Of a stretch of 64,000 nucleotides of DNA, positions 56,701-64,000 are shown one piece after another (the first letter of the stretch is position 1; each line of letters begins with the position of its first letter). A program made the position numbers and the translations under genes. Source of the DNA: Sphyrna mokarran (lineage: Eukaryota); assembly GCA_024679065.1 (NCBI GenBank), contig JAGIQG010000013.1, positions 35,464,001 to 35,528,000 of the forward strand, in the 5' to 3' direction. Below the pieces are notes generated by a model. The model was not told where the DNA came from and ran no database searches. It saw only the letters and a list, made by a program, of their open reading frames with translations.

Positions 56701-58403
56701 TAATTACTGAAAGGTCAATACTGAATATGTATAATATGCCTGCACCTAACAAATGTGACTAACTGCTGTAACTAACTTGAAGATGTATTATACCTATTCA
56801 GCATTGATTTTTATTTCAACGGATTCCGTCCCAGATTTTAGAAATTGGCCATTGTTCTCACTCAGACAGTTATAGGGATATTTTCCTAGGTTTGGACACA
56901 GTGAATATGGGAATAAATCAGGTATATCGAGAGTAAAATACAAGGGAACCTGTCTGATTTCTATTCTTGCAGAATACAGATATGCCAAAGCTGAGAATGG
57001 TATTTCTAATTGTACTGCTAACAAAAGGTCCTCAAATGTTAATTCTACTTTCCTCTTTACAAATACTGCTTGACCCATTGAGTGTTTTGCAGAATTTGCT
57101 GTTTTTGTTTACAATCGCAAACGTTTGGTAACGTAGCTATTGCACATGTTGTGGAATGTGAAAGATCTCTGAACTGCAATGTGATAGTCCAATGATCTTT
57201 TCCAATGCTTCAGTCTGAAGCACTTTCACCAGATTCAAAGGTAAAGTCTTCCAATCCCACTGAAGAGATCTGAACATCTGAGCTATCACCTCAGTGTCCT
57301 GAGGGAAAAACATTGAAACTAGAAGTAGAAGTAGGCCATTCAGTCCTTCAAGACTGCTCCATCATTCATTACGATCACGGCTGATCATCAAATTCAATAT
57401 CTTAATCCTGAACCCCCACATCCCTTGAACCCTTTACAACCCCCATCCCCACCCACTAGATCTATATCTAATTCATCCTTTAAACCACATAACGTTTTGT
57501 CCTCAACTTTCTGTGGTAGTGAACTCCACACATTCACCACTCTCCGGGTAAAGAAATTTCTCCTCACCTCAGCCTTAAAAGGTTTACCCAACTACGACCT
57601 CTAGTTCTGGTCTTCCTCACAATTGGAAACATTCTTTCTGAATCTACCCCATCTAACCCTGTTAGAATTTTATAAGTTACCATAAGTTTGTCTCTCACTC
57701 TTCTATAAATAAATAAATATAAATATACACCAATAAATATAAACTTAACCAACTTAATCTCTCTTTTCTGTTCTTTGTTCATATGATAGACCTGCCATCC
57801 TTGGTAACCCTTCGCTGCACTCTCTCTATCACAAGGACACCCTTTCTCAGAGTGCTGCAATGTAGAGGGTGTGGTTTTTTTTCAAATAGACTCTGTCCTC
57901 TCAGGTGGATGGCTGAAGAAGGAAATTCTTCCCATCGCCCTGACTCACACTTATGTCGCAATTGAGTTCATTGAAACTGATTACTAGTCAATGTCATGCT
58001 ACTGCTTGCGGAATCTTGCTATGTACATTCTACACCTCATTCAATGTGAAGCACTTTGGGGTCTTAAGATCAAGAATGATGCTATATAAACGCAAATTTT
58101 TTTCTGAAGTATTAAACAGTGATCAGGATAGCAAGCTTTCACCTTTATTGTGCTGGTTCACAATTGTTGTTAAGTTAATCATTTCTACTTGAGCAATTAT
58201 GAGACAAGGGAGCGGCTTTTACAGCCACCAACTCTGAAACAAATTTAAGAGTCAGGTGTGACATTTTATAACAGGGAAATTGATAACATTCAGCCCATAT
58301 AACAACAAAACAAAAATGATTACTCACCAAATGAAAGAATCAGTGACAATACAAAAAGAACTCCAATCTTCGGAGACTTCTCTTTAAAACTGGGCTGCTC
58401 CAT
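11549..58403 (-). CDS. EWI-family Ig superfamily type I membrane protein, CD101 (IGSF2)-like / IGSF3-like; spliced CDS join(58328-58403,45616-45993,42319-42726,36569-36949,33415-33819,31695-32096,29540-29956,27987-28403,11549-11748), 1027 aa
   Basis: All introns are GT-AG and phase 1, all Ig exon lengths are multiples of 3, and the summed CDS of 3084 nt is open. Signal peptide + 7 V-set domains + TM + short tail; EWI motif (EGTEWIQD) in domain 2. Domain number and tail resemble CD101 while individual domains resemble IGSF3, so no symbol is given. Confidence 0.9.
12465..12571 (+). repeat. About 40-bp tandem repeat, about 2.5 copies
   Basis: Unit resembling ccttatccac-ccccactacccagacacatcactgtc. 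Confidence 0.8.
12785..13088 (+). mobile_element. V-SINE with alternative tail
   Basis: V-core followed by gactaggggattttcacagtaacttcattgcagtgttaat...cttgtgacact. Confidence 0.8.
14223..15265 (-). mobile_element. L1-clade (Tx1-like) LINE 3' fragment
   Basis: C-terminal zinc-knuckle region (HLFVECAFAKKVW); AATAAA + A tail at the left end; 14-bp TSD ACTGGGCCTCTAGA (14209-14222, 15266-15279). Confidence 0.85.
16943..17170. mobile_element. Fold-back miniature Penelope pLTR-derived element
   Basis: Imperfect inverted arms (about 16943-17035 / 17039-17170), e.g. cagcaggtctgacag vs ctgtcagacctgctg; CTGATGAAGGGT at 17040. Confidence 0.65.
19257..20740 (+). mobile_element. Young 5'-truncated CR1 LINE (ORF2 RT region + 3' tail)
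   Basis: ORFs 19283-20338 / 20221-20649 (NYRPVSLTS, VPQGSVLGPLLF, KFADDTK, LERRRLRGDLI) with a single frameshift; (GTTCTAT)n tail; TSD ATATAC (19251-19256, 20741-20746). Confidence 0.95.
20938..21250 (+). mobile_element. HE1-like V-SINE, CR1-type tail, nested in old LINE
   Basis: Head, V-core and tail. Confidence 0.8.
22393..22715 (+). mobile_element. Extra copy of the 3' end of the old LINE family inserted in its body
   Basis: Similar to 25980-26255 (ccatctagaag...caccatc...ctgacttggaaatatat...gcaataaatgctgg), followed by an A-run. Confidence 0.7.
22954..25853 (+). mobile_element. CR1 LINE (partial APE + RT, disrupted) with extended SINE-containing 3' UTR
   Basis: GDFNLP, ILDLVL and SDHN endonuclease motifs; RT ORFs 23939-25223; ORF2 stop 25315-25317; about 535-bp 3' UTR ending in a CR1-type tail. 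Confidence 0.93.
26895..27870 (-). mobile_element. Older CR1 3' fragment
   Basis: Degenerate ORF2 C-terminus and CR1-type tail (aacatagaa...gtaggccattc); similar to 57310-57850. Confidence 0.8.
27987..28403 (-). CDS. Exon 8: Ig domain 7 (LECHIT...DSGVYFCNVEEWVSSP)
   Basis: Acceptor cttctacag|, donor CCAG|gtaaga, 417 nt. Confidence 0.95.
29200..29498 (+). mobile_element. HE1-like V-SINE, CR1-type tail
   Basis: Head with A/B-box-like motifs, V-core and tail. Confidence 0.85.
29540..29956 (-). CDS. Exon 7: Ig domain 6 (LECRIL...DSGSYYCHVKEWLL)
   Basis: Acceptor cttgtgtag|, donor GCAG|gtaaac, 417 nt. Confidence 0.95.
31695..32096 (-). CDS. Exon 6: Ig domain 5 (FAVTAITRTP...FELHCII...EAGKFLCLAELW)
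   Basis: Acceptor atttgtag|, donor CCAG|gtaagg, 402 nt. Confidence 0.95.
33415..33819 (-). CDS. Exon 5: Ig domain 4 (LEGDYLQFSC...DQGMYACKVMEW)
   Basis: Acceptor tttcacag|, donor CTTG|gtaagc, 405 nt. Confidence 0.95.
34005..34744 (-). mobile_element. 3' fragment of the same extended-UTR CR1 family
   Basis: Colinear reverse-complement match to about 25112-25850. Confidence 0.92.
35240..35525 (+). repeat. C-rich degenerate tandem repeat
   Basis: Recurring cccactacctgacctgacc and acccagctgga units. Confidence 0.7.
36258..36537 (+). mobile_element. V-SINE with alternative tail
   Basis: Same tail as 12785-13088. Confidence 0.85.
36569..36949 (-). CDS. Exon 4: Ig domain 3 (ISCTVEAQNFVERFFSVAW...GPNAVPV...DDGTYHC)
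   Basis: Acceptor ttcactgcag|, donor CCAC|gtaaga, 381 nt. Confidence 0.95.
37130..37560 (+). mobile_element. Rex1/Babar-like LINE 3' fragment
   Basis: C-terminal peptide HPGHFLFYLLSSGKKYKSL...LKNSFFPAAIRLLN; ends acatgtgacaatattaaatcaaatca. Confidence 0.7.
37593..37890 (+). mobile_element. V-SINE with alternative tail
   Basis: Same tail as 12785-13088. Confidence 0.85.
40453..40733 (+). mobile_element. V-SINE with alternative tail
   Basis: Same tail with an internal deletion. Confidence 0.85.
41189..41497 (+). mobile_element. HE1-like V-SINE, CR1-type tail
   Basis: Head, V-core and tail. Confidence 0.85.
42319..42726 (-). CDS. Exon 3: V-set Ig domain 2 with EWI motif (VIPDTL...DQGEFYCEGTEWIQD)
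   Basis: Acceptor tttttacag|, donor ATAG|gtaagg, 408 nt; canonical C...W...DxGxYxC. Confidence 0.95.
44517..44823 (+). mobile_element. HE1-like V-SINE, CR1-type tail
   Basis: Head, V-core and tail. Confidence 0.85.
45616..45993 (-). CDS. Exon 2: V-set Ig domain 1 (QREVKLQKGPLVRAEGSHVTIQCDVSGYQGSSEQNFEWS...YECFTP)
   Basis: Acceptor attatag|, donor ACAG|gtgggc, 378 nt; N-terminal domain motif typical of IGSF3/CD101/IGSF8. Confidence 0.95.
46850..47126 (-). mobile_element. V-SINE with alternative tail
   Basis: Reverse complement of the alternative-tail consensus. Confidence 0.8.
49100..49372 (-). mobile_element. HE1-like V-SINE, CR1-type tail
   Basis: Reverse complement of the consensus. Confidence 0.8.
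50178..50515 (+). mobile_element. HE1-like V-SINE, CR1-type tail
   Basis: Head, V-core and tail. Confidence 0.8.
51560..52300 (-). mobile_element. Highly degenerate PIF/Harbinger transposase remnant
   Basis: ORF 51854-52060 NSKDYLLLNEELSCGHTLNPMLVSAYSPG resembles the recalled HARBI1-type motif NRKGYHSLNVQLVCD...ARYPGSSHD. Confidence 0.4.
52653..52937 (-). mobile_element. HE1-like V-SINE, CR1-type tail
   Basis: Reverse complement of the consensus. Confidence 0.8.
53561..54196 (-). mobile_element. CR1 LINE 3' fragment, same young family as 19257-20740
   Basis: ORF 53755-54114 is nearly identical in protein to 20178-20530; same tail; TSD TGTAGA (53555-53560, 54197-54202). Confidence 0.95.
54525..54960. 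mobile_element. Two head-to-head copies of the second SINE family
   Basis: A minus copy (54525-54830) abuts a partial plus copy (54828-54960); both carry tcactggacta near the head. Confidence 0.55.
55050..55560 (-). mobile_element. Degenerate CR1 3' fragment
   Basis: CR1 tail motif ggaggccattcagc and remnants such as ttcaggcagtgcattcca. Confidence 0.55.
55820..56440 (-). mobile_element. Degenerate L2-like LINE fragment
   Basis: Purine-rich plus strand; 56340-56440 resembles 20-130 (gatcaaatgtgaca...ttaatct). Family call from recall. Confidence 0.45.
57310..57850 (-). mobile_element. Older CR1 3' fragment
   Basis: ORF pieces TYKILTGLDGVDSERMFP and RRNFFTRRVVNVWSSLPQ. Confidence 0.8.
58328..58403 (-). 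CDS. Exon 1: signal peptide MEQPSFKEKSPKIGVLFVLSLILSF(D)
   Basis: ATG in GCAATGG context, basic n-region, hydrophobic h-region and a strong phase-1 donor TTTG|GTGAGT. Joins in frame to DSCAA-QREV of the first Ig exon, giving a plausible cleavage site. Confidence 0.8.
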
Positions 58404-58440
58404 TGCATTGCAAGCTCAGGCAGCAATTTGACCAGAACAC

Positions 58441-58581
58441 TGGATAAAAGCAAATTACTGCCGATGCTGGAATCTTAAACCAAAAGAGAAAACCCTGGAA
58501 AATCTCAGCAGGTCTGGCAGCATCTGTAAGGAGAGAAAAGAGCTGACACTTCGAGTCTAGATGACCGTTTGTCAAAGTTAT
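58441..58581 (-). mobile_element. Short Penelope pLTR-derived element (second family) next to the start codon
   Basis: 14-bp TSD TTTGACCAGAACAC (58427-58440, 58582-58595); similar to both arms of 16943-17170; degenerate hammerhead core. Confidence 0.75.
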
Positions 58582-58595
58582 TTTGACCAGAACAC

Positions 58596-59050
58596 AGCCG
58601 TAGACGAGCTTTATCAAGTCAGCTAACTGGGAAACACAAACCGCAGTATTCAGCAGAGTTGATCAAAATGGTTCAAACCACCAACAGTAGCAGCAGCAGA
58701 AGTGGTTTAGGTTCACTCTTAACATTTGCAATGTTCTGACATTGGGCAAAATCAGCCGGGGCACAGAAACTTCATGCAACGTGCCGAATACAGAGCTTGT
58801 AAATTCACAGAGCGAAAACAGCATGCACGCAGCACGGCTCTTCTGTGTGAGTGAATTGTTGTCACGTTTGCCCTTGTTCTACTTAGAGTTCTACGTAAAT
58901 GGGTCACAATATCCCGGCTACAGTAGGTGCCTGCTCACTGTGTGTCAGTGAAGAATTTCGATTCAGGAAGTTTCTCAAAATAAGGAGCGGCTGTTTAGGA
59001 AAGTCGATCGTGATCGGAAGTGTGGATGAAGCTATGAGCAGACTCCGGGT
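58596..59050 (-). promoter_or_regulatory. Putative promoter / 5' region of the Ig gene
   Basis: Non-repetitive, locally CpG-richer stretch just upstream of exon 1. ETS cores CAGGAAGT (58964-58971) and CGGAAGTG (59015-59022), RUNX-type AACCGCA (58639-58645). TSS not determinable. Confidence 0.35.
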
Positions 59051-59240
59051 GACTGAAAGAGAGAGAGAGCATGAACTATTTGTATGGGGAGAGAGGCGGG
59101 AAAAGGGATAATGAATAATGCAGTGAGGAGGAAAGGGGGAAGTAAACAGTGAAGGGGGAGAGGGTAATGAGCAGGACAAGGGGAGGAGCATCAATGAACA
59201 ATGAGAGGGGAATGGACAGCAGGGGAATGAATGGATTAGT
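59050..59240 (+). repeat. GA-rich low-complexity tract
   Basis: Purine-rich, with gggggaa / aatgaa units. Confidence 0.6.
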
Positions 59241-59271
59241 CAGGTTTTAATCACTGTCTGAAATAGTTGAA

Positions 59272-59437
59272 CAGGTTTATTTGGAATCATGAGCTTTTGG
59301 AGCCTTGCTTCTCCATCACTTACCTGATGAAGGAGAGAGCACCAAAAGCTTGTGATCCCAAATAAACCTGTTGGACTTTAACCTGGTGCCCTGAGACTTC
59401 TTACTGTGCCCAGTCCAACGCCAACATCCCCACATCA
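59272..59437 (+). mobile_element. Miniature Penelope pLTR-derived insertion with inverted 5' arm
   Basis: 13-bp TSD TGAAATAGTTGAA (59259-59271, 59438-59450); CTGATGA core at 59324-59330; 3' end similar to the pLTR terminus at 60094-60220. Confidence 0.85.
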
Positions 59438-59724
59438 TGAAATAGTTGAAACTTCTAATATGTAGTACGTCAATTGACCATAATATCGGCACTTCAACAG
59501 TTTTCATTTGATCCTGAAATTTCTCTCAAGTTGTTCTTTTGGTTTCTTTTGATTTTTTTTGAATGCTTTCTTGAATGGTACATGATTTTATTTGTTTTTC
59601 CTTTAGTTACTATGTTAAGAGCTATTTGCTGTGACAAACTGATTTCAAATGGCCTCTCGTCTTGAAGAAACGGCACTCCACATTATTGATGGAATATTCT
59701 TCACGTTAATGCTGCCTTTTTTAT

Positions 59725-60002
59725 TAATGACACAAGTAGGCTTACATTAACACTGCAATGAAGTTACTGTGATAATTCCGTAGTAGTCATACTCCACCTG
59801 TTTGGGTACACTGAGGGAGAATTTAGTATGGCCAGTGCACCTAACCAGCATAACTTTCAGACTGTGGGAGGAAACCAGAGCATCTGGAGGAAACGCATGC
59901 CAACACAGGGACAACATGCAGACTTTACAGATAGTGACCCAAGGCTGGAATGGAACCCACGTCCCTGACGCTGTGAGGCAGCAGTGCTAACCATTGTGCC
60001 AC
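59725..60002 (-). mobile_element. V-SINE with alternative tail
   Basis: Reverse complement of the alternative-tail consensus. Confidence 0.85.
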
Positions 60003-60181
60003 TTGGTTCATGCCACAATAGGAACACAATAATGGTGGTTATCTTCTCTCTTTCTTTGTTTGGAGTTAGGTGCACTGTTACTTCTATGTGCTGATGATGT
60101 GGAGATGCGTTGAACTGGGGTAAACACAGTAAGAGGTCTGACAACACCGGGTTTAAATCCAACCGATTTAATTGATAGTGA

Positions 60182-60220
60182 ACTCACAAGCTTTCGACCA
60201 ATGGCCTTCGTCAGGTGAAT
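60182..60220 (-). ncRNA. Second minimal hammerhead motif in the inverted pLTR
   Basis: Reverse complement reads AUUCAC-CUGACGA-A-GGCC(AUU)GGUC-GAAA-GC-UU-GUGAGU. Confidence 0.75.
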
Positions 60221-60356
60221 GAAGTGTTCTGGTCCCCAACAGCACACATACCAGCACAGACAGTTTACAGATTACTGATTAGAATGTGAATCTTTACACC
60301 TAACCTGCTATTCAAGTCTTAAAGTGGCTAACAATGTGAGTGGAAGGAGCACTGAG

Positions 60357-61882
60357 TCAGGCAATGGGACCCTGTGTGAGAACTTCTCTGGCTATGTCGA
60401 GGACATCCTGAAACCCATTGTACAAAGAACCCCCAGCTTTTGTCGCGACACTACGGACTTCCTACGGAAACTCAGCACACATAGAGCAGTTGAACCAGGG
60501 ACACTGCTTGTCACAATGGATGTCTCGGCCCTCTACACCAACATTCCCCACGATGATGGCATTGCTGCAACTACCTCAGTACTCAATGCCGACAACTGTC
60601 AGTTTCCGGATGCAATTTTACAACTCATCTGCTTTATCCTGGACCACAATGTCTTCATCTTCAACAACCAGTTTTTCATCCAGACACTTGGAACGGCCAT
60701 GGGAACCAAATTCGCACCTCAATATGCCAACATCTTCATGCACAGGTTCGAACAAGACTTCTTCACCGCACGGGATCTTCAACCAAGGCTATACACTAGA
60801 TACATCGATGACATTTTTTCCTTTGGAGTCATGGTGAACAATCATTGAAACAACCGTATGATGATATCAACAAGTTCCATCCCACCATCAGACTCACGAT
60901 AGACTATTCTCCAGAATCGGTTGCATTCTTGGACATACACATCTCCATCAAGGACGGTCACCTCAGCACCTCACTGTACCGCAAGTCGACAGACAACCTC
61001 ACAATGCTCCACTTCTCCAACTTCCACCCTAGATACGTTAAAGAAGCCATCCCCTATGGACAAGCCCTCTGTATACACAGAATTTGCTCAGGCGAGGAGG
61101 ATCGTGACAGACACCTCCAGATGCTGAAAGATGCCCTCATGAGAACTGGATATGGCGCTCGACTCATCGATCAACAGTTCCGACATGCCACAGTGATAAA
61201 CTGCATTGACCTCCTCAGAAGACGAACACAGAACATGGTGGACAGAGTACCTTTTGTTGTCCAGTAGTTCCCTGGAGTGGAAAAGCTACGACATCTTCTC
61301 TGGAGTCTTCAACATATTATTGATGATGATGAACATCTCGCCAGGGCCATCCCCACACCCCCACTTCTTGCCTTCAGACAATTGCACAACCTCAAACAGA
61401 CTATTGTTCGCAGCAAACTACCCAACCTTCAGGAGAACAGTGACCACAATATCACATAACCCTGCCACAGCAATCTCTGCAAAACATGCCTGATCATCGC
61501 CATGGATGACATCATCACATGTGAGAATACCATTCACCAGGTACACGGTACATACTTTTGCAACTCGGCCAATGTTGTCTACCTAATACATTGCAAGAAA
61601 GAATGTTCCGAAACATGGTACACTGGGGAGACCTTGCTGACACTACGACAGCGGATGAATGAACATTGCTCGACAATCACCAGGCAAAACTGTTCCCATC
61701 TTGTTGGTGAACACTTTAGCGGTCATGGGCATTCGGCCTCCGACCTTCGGGTAAACGTTCTTCAAGGGGGCCTTCACGACACACGACAGTGCAGAGCCGC
61801 TGAGCGGAGATTGATATCCAAGTTCTGCACACATGAGGACAGTCTTAACAGGGATCTTGGCTTCATGTCACACTATCTGTAA
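60357..61882 (+). pseudogene. Disrupted Penelope RT + GIY-YIG endonuclease ORF
   Basis: Split across ORFs 60324-60848, 60845-61267, 61277-61459 and 61502-61882 by one frameshift and in-frame stops. Confidence 0.9.
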
Positions 61883-62097
61883 CCCCCATGACTTGCCTGG
61901 GTTAGCAAAAAACCTTACTTGCTGTGCTGTCTGGAGACAATACACATCTCTCTAACCTGTTCTCAGTGCTCCTTCCACTTACATTGTTAGCCACTTTAAG
62001 ACTTGAATAGCAGGTTAGGTGTAAAGATTCACATTCTAATCAGTAATCTGTAAACTGTCTGTGCTGATATGTGTGTTATTGCAGACCAGAACACCTC

Positions 62098-62136
62098 ATT
62101 CACCTGACGAAGGCCATAGGTCGAAAGCTTGTGAGT
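62098..62136 (+). ncRNA. Minimal type I hammerhead ribozyme motif in Penelope pLTR
   Basis: AUUCAC-CUGACGA-A-GGCC(AUA)GGUC-GAAA-GC-UU-GUGAGU: stem I, catalytic core, stem II and GAAA, with palindromic AGCU in place of helix III. Confidence 0.75.
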
Positions 62137-63489
62137 TTACTGTCAAATAAATCGGTTGGATTTAAACCTGATGTTGTCAGATCTCTTATTACTTCTATGT
62201 GCTGCCAAGTTCCTTTGGTTGTGTTAAATCTTCTTTGATTGCAAAAAATTCCATAACGTGGTTTCTAACACTCTTGTTATAATATGATGCTGAACTTGTC
62301 TTTCAGGGCTCTATATTTGCAAATTTCAGCTGAGATCAGTATCATTTCTTAATCAAGGAATCTATACTCTGTCAGTTTTTGCTTTCTCTATAATTGTATT
62401 CTTCTGAAGGTTAAAGTAACAAAGGCTTTAGTAACTTTTCATATTGTGTGTCAACTTTGAAAAAAAAATAAGAATAAACAAACAAAAAACACTAATTCTT
62501 ATTTCTCCTGCTCCCTCACCATCCTAGGACATTCATGTCCCATCCATGTCCCTCTGCCTACTACTCATGGCCCTCATATCTTCCATATCATCATATTTTC
62601 CTCCATCCACTCCCCCAAGGCCCCTCCATGCCAACCTGTACCCTTCCAGCCTTCCCCATGATCCTTTATAGCCCCTATGCCAAACCATGTCCAACCCTTT
62701 GTTTTACAGCTTCCACGCCAACTCACACTGTAGCCACTATGAGCACTGCTTTGAATCCGTGCTGAGATTAAATAAAGTTCTGAAGTATCTATTGATGAAT
62801 TCTTTAAAAGATTGATTTAAAAACTCATTCACCATATTTAACTTCCTTAAAGTACTTATTCCCTCATAACAAACTGTTGTATTCATTGTCCCATTTCAGA
62901 GATTTTATGAACACTTGAAGCTGTCTAATAGTGAACTGACAAGTAGCTCAGTTTGATAATGATAGATTGTGTACGGCACTAATGCTATAATGCTAACTTC
63001 CAGACTTATGACAAAGGACAGAGTGAAATAGCGAGTACTTTTTTTAACACTGCTGGCAGTTTTGTCAAATCCTTAAAAGATAGGAGATTTAAATGACTTT
63101 ACATTTCACAATTCAAATGGGTTTGTTCCCTTTTTCATGTCTTCTTTTAACAATTCCAAATGGCACCTTTCTTTCTCAAATGTGTCCTGAGACCAGATCA
63201 AAAAATGTATGCTACCTTTTCTCAGGACATTTTCCAAAGAACTTTGAAGTTTTTTTTCCAAGCTTGTCTACAGAGCACAAATTATGTCTTGGACATCCCA
63301 ATAACCAAAATTAAATTGACTTGAAGGCATCTGCACTTCAACATGTGGAGTTGCCTCCATGGACCACAAATGTATAAAGTGTGATCCTGTTTCCAAACCC
63401 CCTTGTGAAATGGTGGAGGAGAGATTTCTGCAGGCCTTTGCAGCTAGTTTTGCCAAGATGGAAAGCCTCTCTGTCTGCATGAAAGCCCA

Positions 63490-63895
63490 GGTATGTGTGG
63501 ATGAGAGAGGTGTGAACCATGCGTGTGAAAGAGAGAACCATCTGTGTGTATGAGAGGGATGAGCAGTTTGTATGCCTGAGAGAGAGAAAAGTCTGTGTAC
63601 GCATGCAAGAGAGTCGACAATGTGTGTGGGAGAAAGAGAGAGAGTGACTGACTGATAGCATTATGTGTAAGACAGAGAGGGAGAGACGTAAAGTGGGTGA
63701 AGTGTGTGTGTGTGTTCGTGTCTGTGACGGAGAGAGTGAGTGAACAGTATGTGAGACAGAGAGGAAGAGGCAGACAAACAGGGTATGTGAACAGTGTGAA
63801 AGGGGAAGAGAGAAACAGAAAGAATGAGTGGACAGCGTATGTGAGAGAGAAACAGTCTGCCTGTGTGAGGAAATGAATACAGTTTTGAGTGAGGG
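63490..63895 (+). repeat. Degenerate (GA)n/(GT)n low-complexity region
   Basis: Alternating gagaga / gtgtgt runs. Confidence 0.8.
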
Positions 63896-64000
63896 AACCC
63901 ATATGGGGTAGGGATTCCAGGCTCCGCAGATGTACATGTTACCATATATGATATACTGGGTGCAGATTTCTTCTGCAGCACTAGCATAAGGAAGAAATCT

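Larger units (their letters stand above)
60094..62188 (+). mobile_element. Penelope-like retroelement (Neptune-type), 5'-truncated, with inverted pseudo-LTR
   Basis: RT motifs LVTMDVSALYTNIPH, GTAMGTKFAPQYANIFM and YTRYIDDIF; Cys linker PCHSNLCKTC; GIY-YIG nuclease (NVVYLIHC...WYTGET...RQRMNEH). Inverted arms 60130-60356 / 61962-62188; 16-bp TSD TTACTTCTATGTGCTG (60078-60093, 62189-62204). Confidence 0.95.

Noticed and set aside
63338-63987. Long ORFs in three frames
   Set aside because: Artefact of low-complexity CT/CA sequence lacking stop codons.
1-64000. Prokaryotic systems (CRISPR arrays, operons) or functional tRNA/rRNA genes
   Set aside because: The window is intron-rich vertebrate DNA with no regularly spaced repeat-spacer array, and the tRNA-like motifs are SINE heads.

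Overview
Eukaryotic genomic DNA, inferred to be from a cartilaginous fish (shark) because of abundant HE1/V-type SINEs and CR1, Penelope, Tx1 and Rex1-like retroelements. The main feature is a complete minus-strand EWI-family Ig-superfamily receptor gene (CD101/IGSF2-like, with IGSF3-like domains). It has 9 coding exons spanning 58403 to 11549: a signal-peptide exon missed by the ORF track, seven phase-1 V-set Ig exons and a TM/cytoplasmic exon. The summed CDS is 3084 nt (1027 aa). A candidate terminal exon of a second, convergent plus-strand gene (6187-6299) encodes a lysine-containing TM helix and a very short tail, as in adaptor-coupled immune receptors. Upstream of the start codon lie three Penelope-like insertions with 13-16 bp target-site duplications (TSDs); the largest has inverted pseudo-LTRs, each carrying a minimal hammerhead ribozyme motif. 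Introns contain a nested retroelement stack, a CR1 family that appears to have captured a V-SINE in its 3' UTR (two copies) and a CpG-rich candidate structured RNA. Exon boundaries and TSDs were read by hand. Repeat boundaries are approximate, and family names rest on recalled consensus features rather than database searches.
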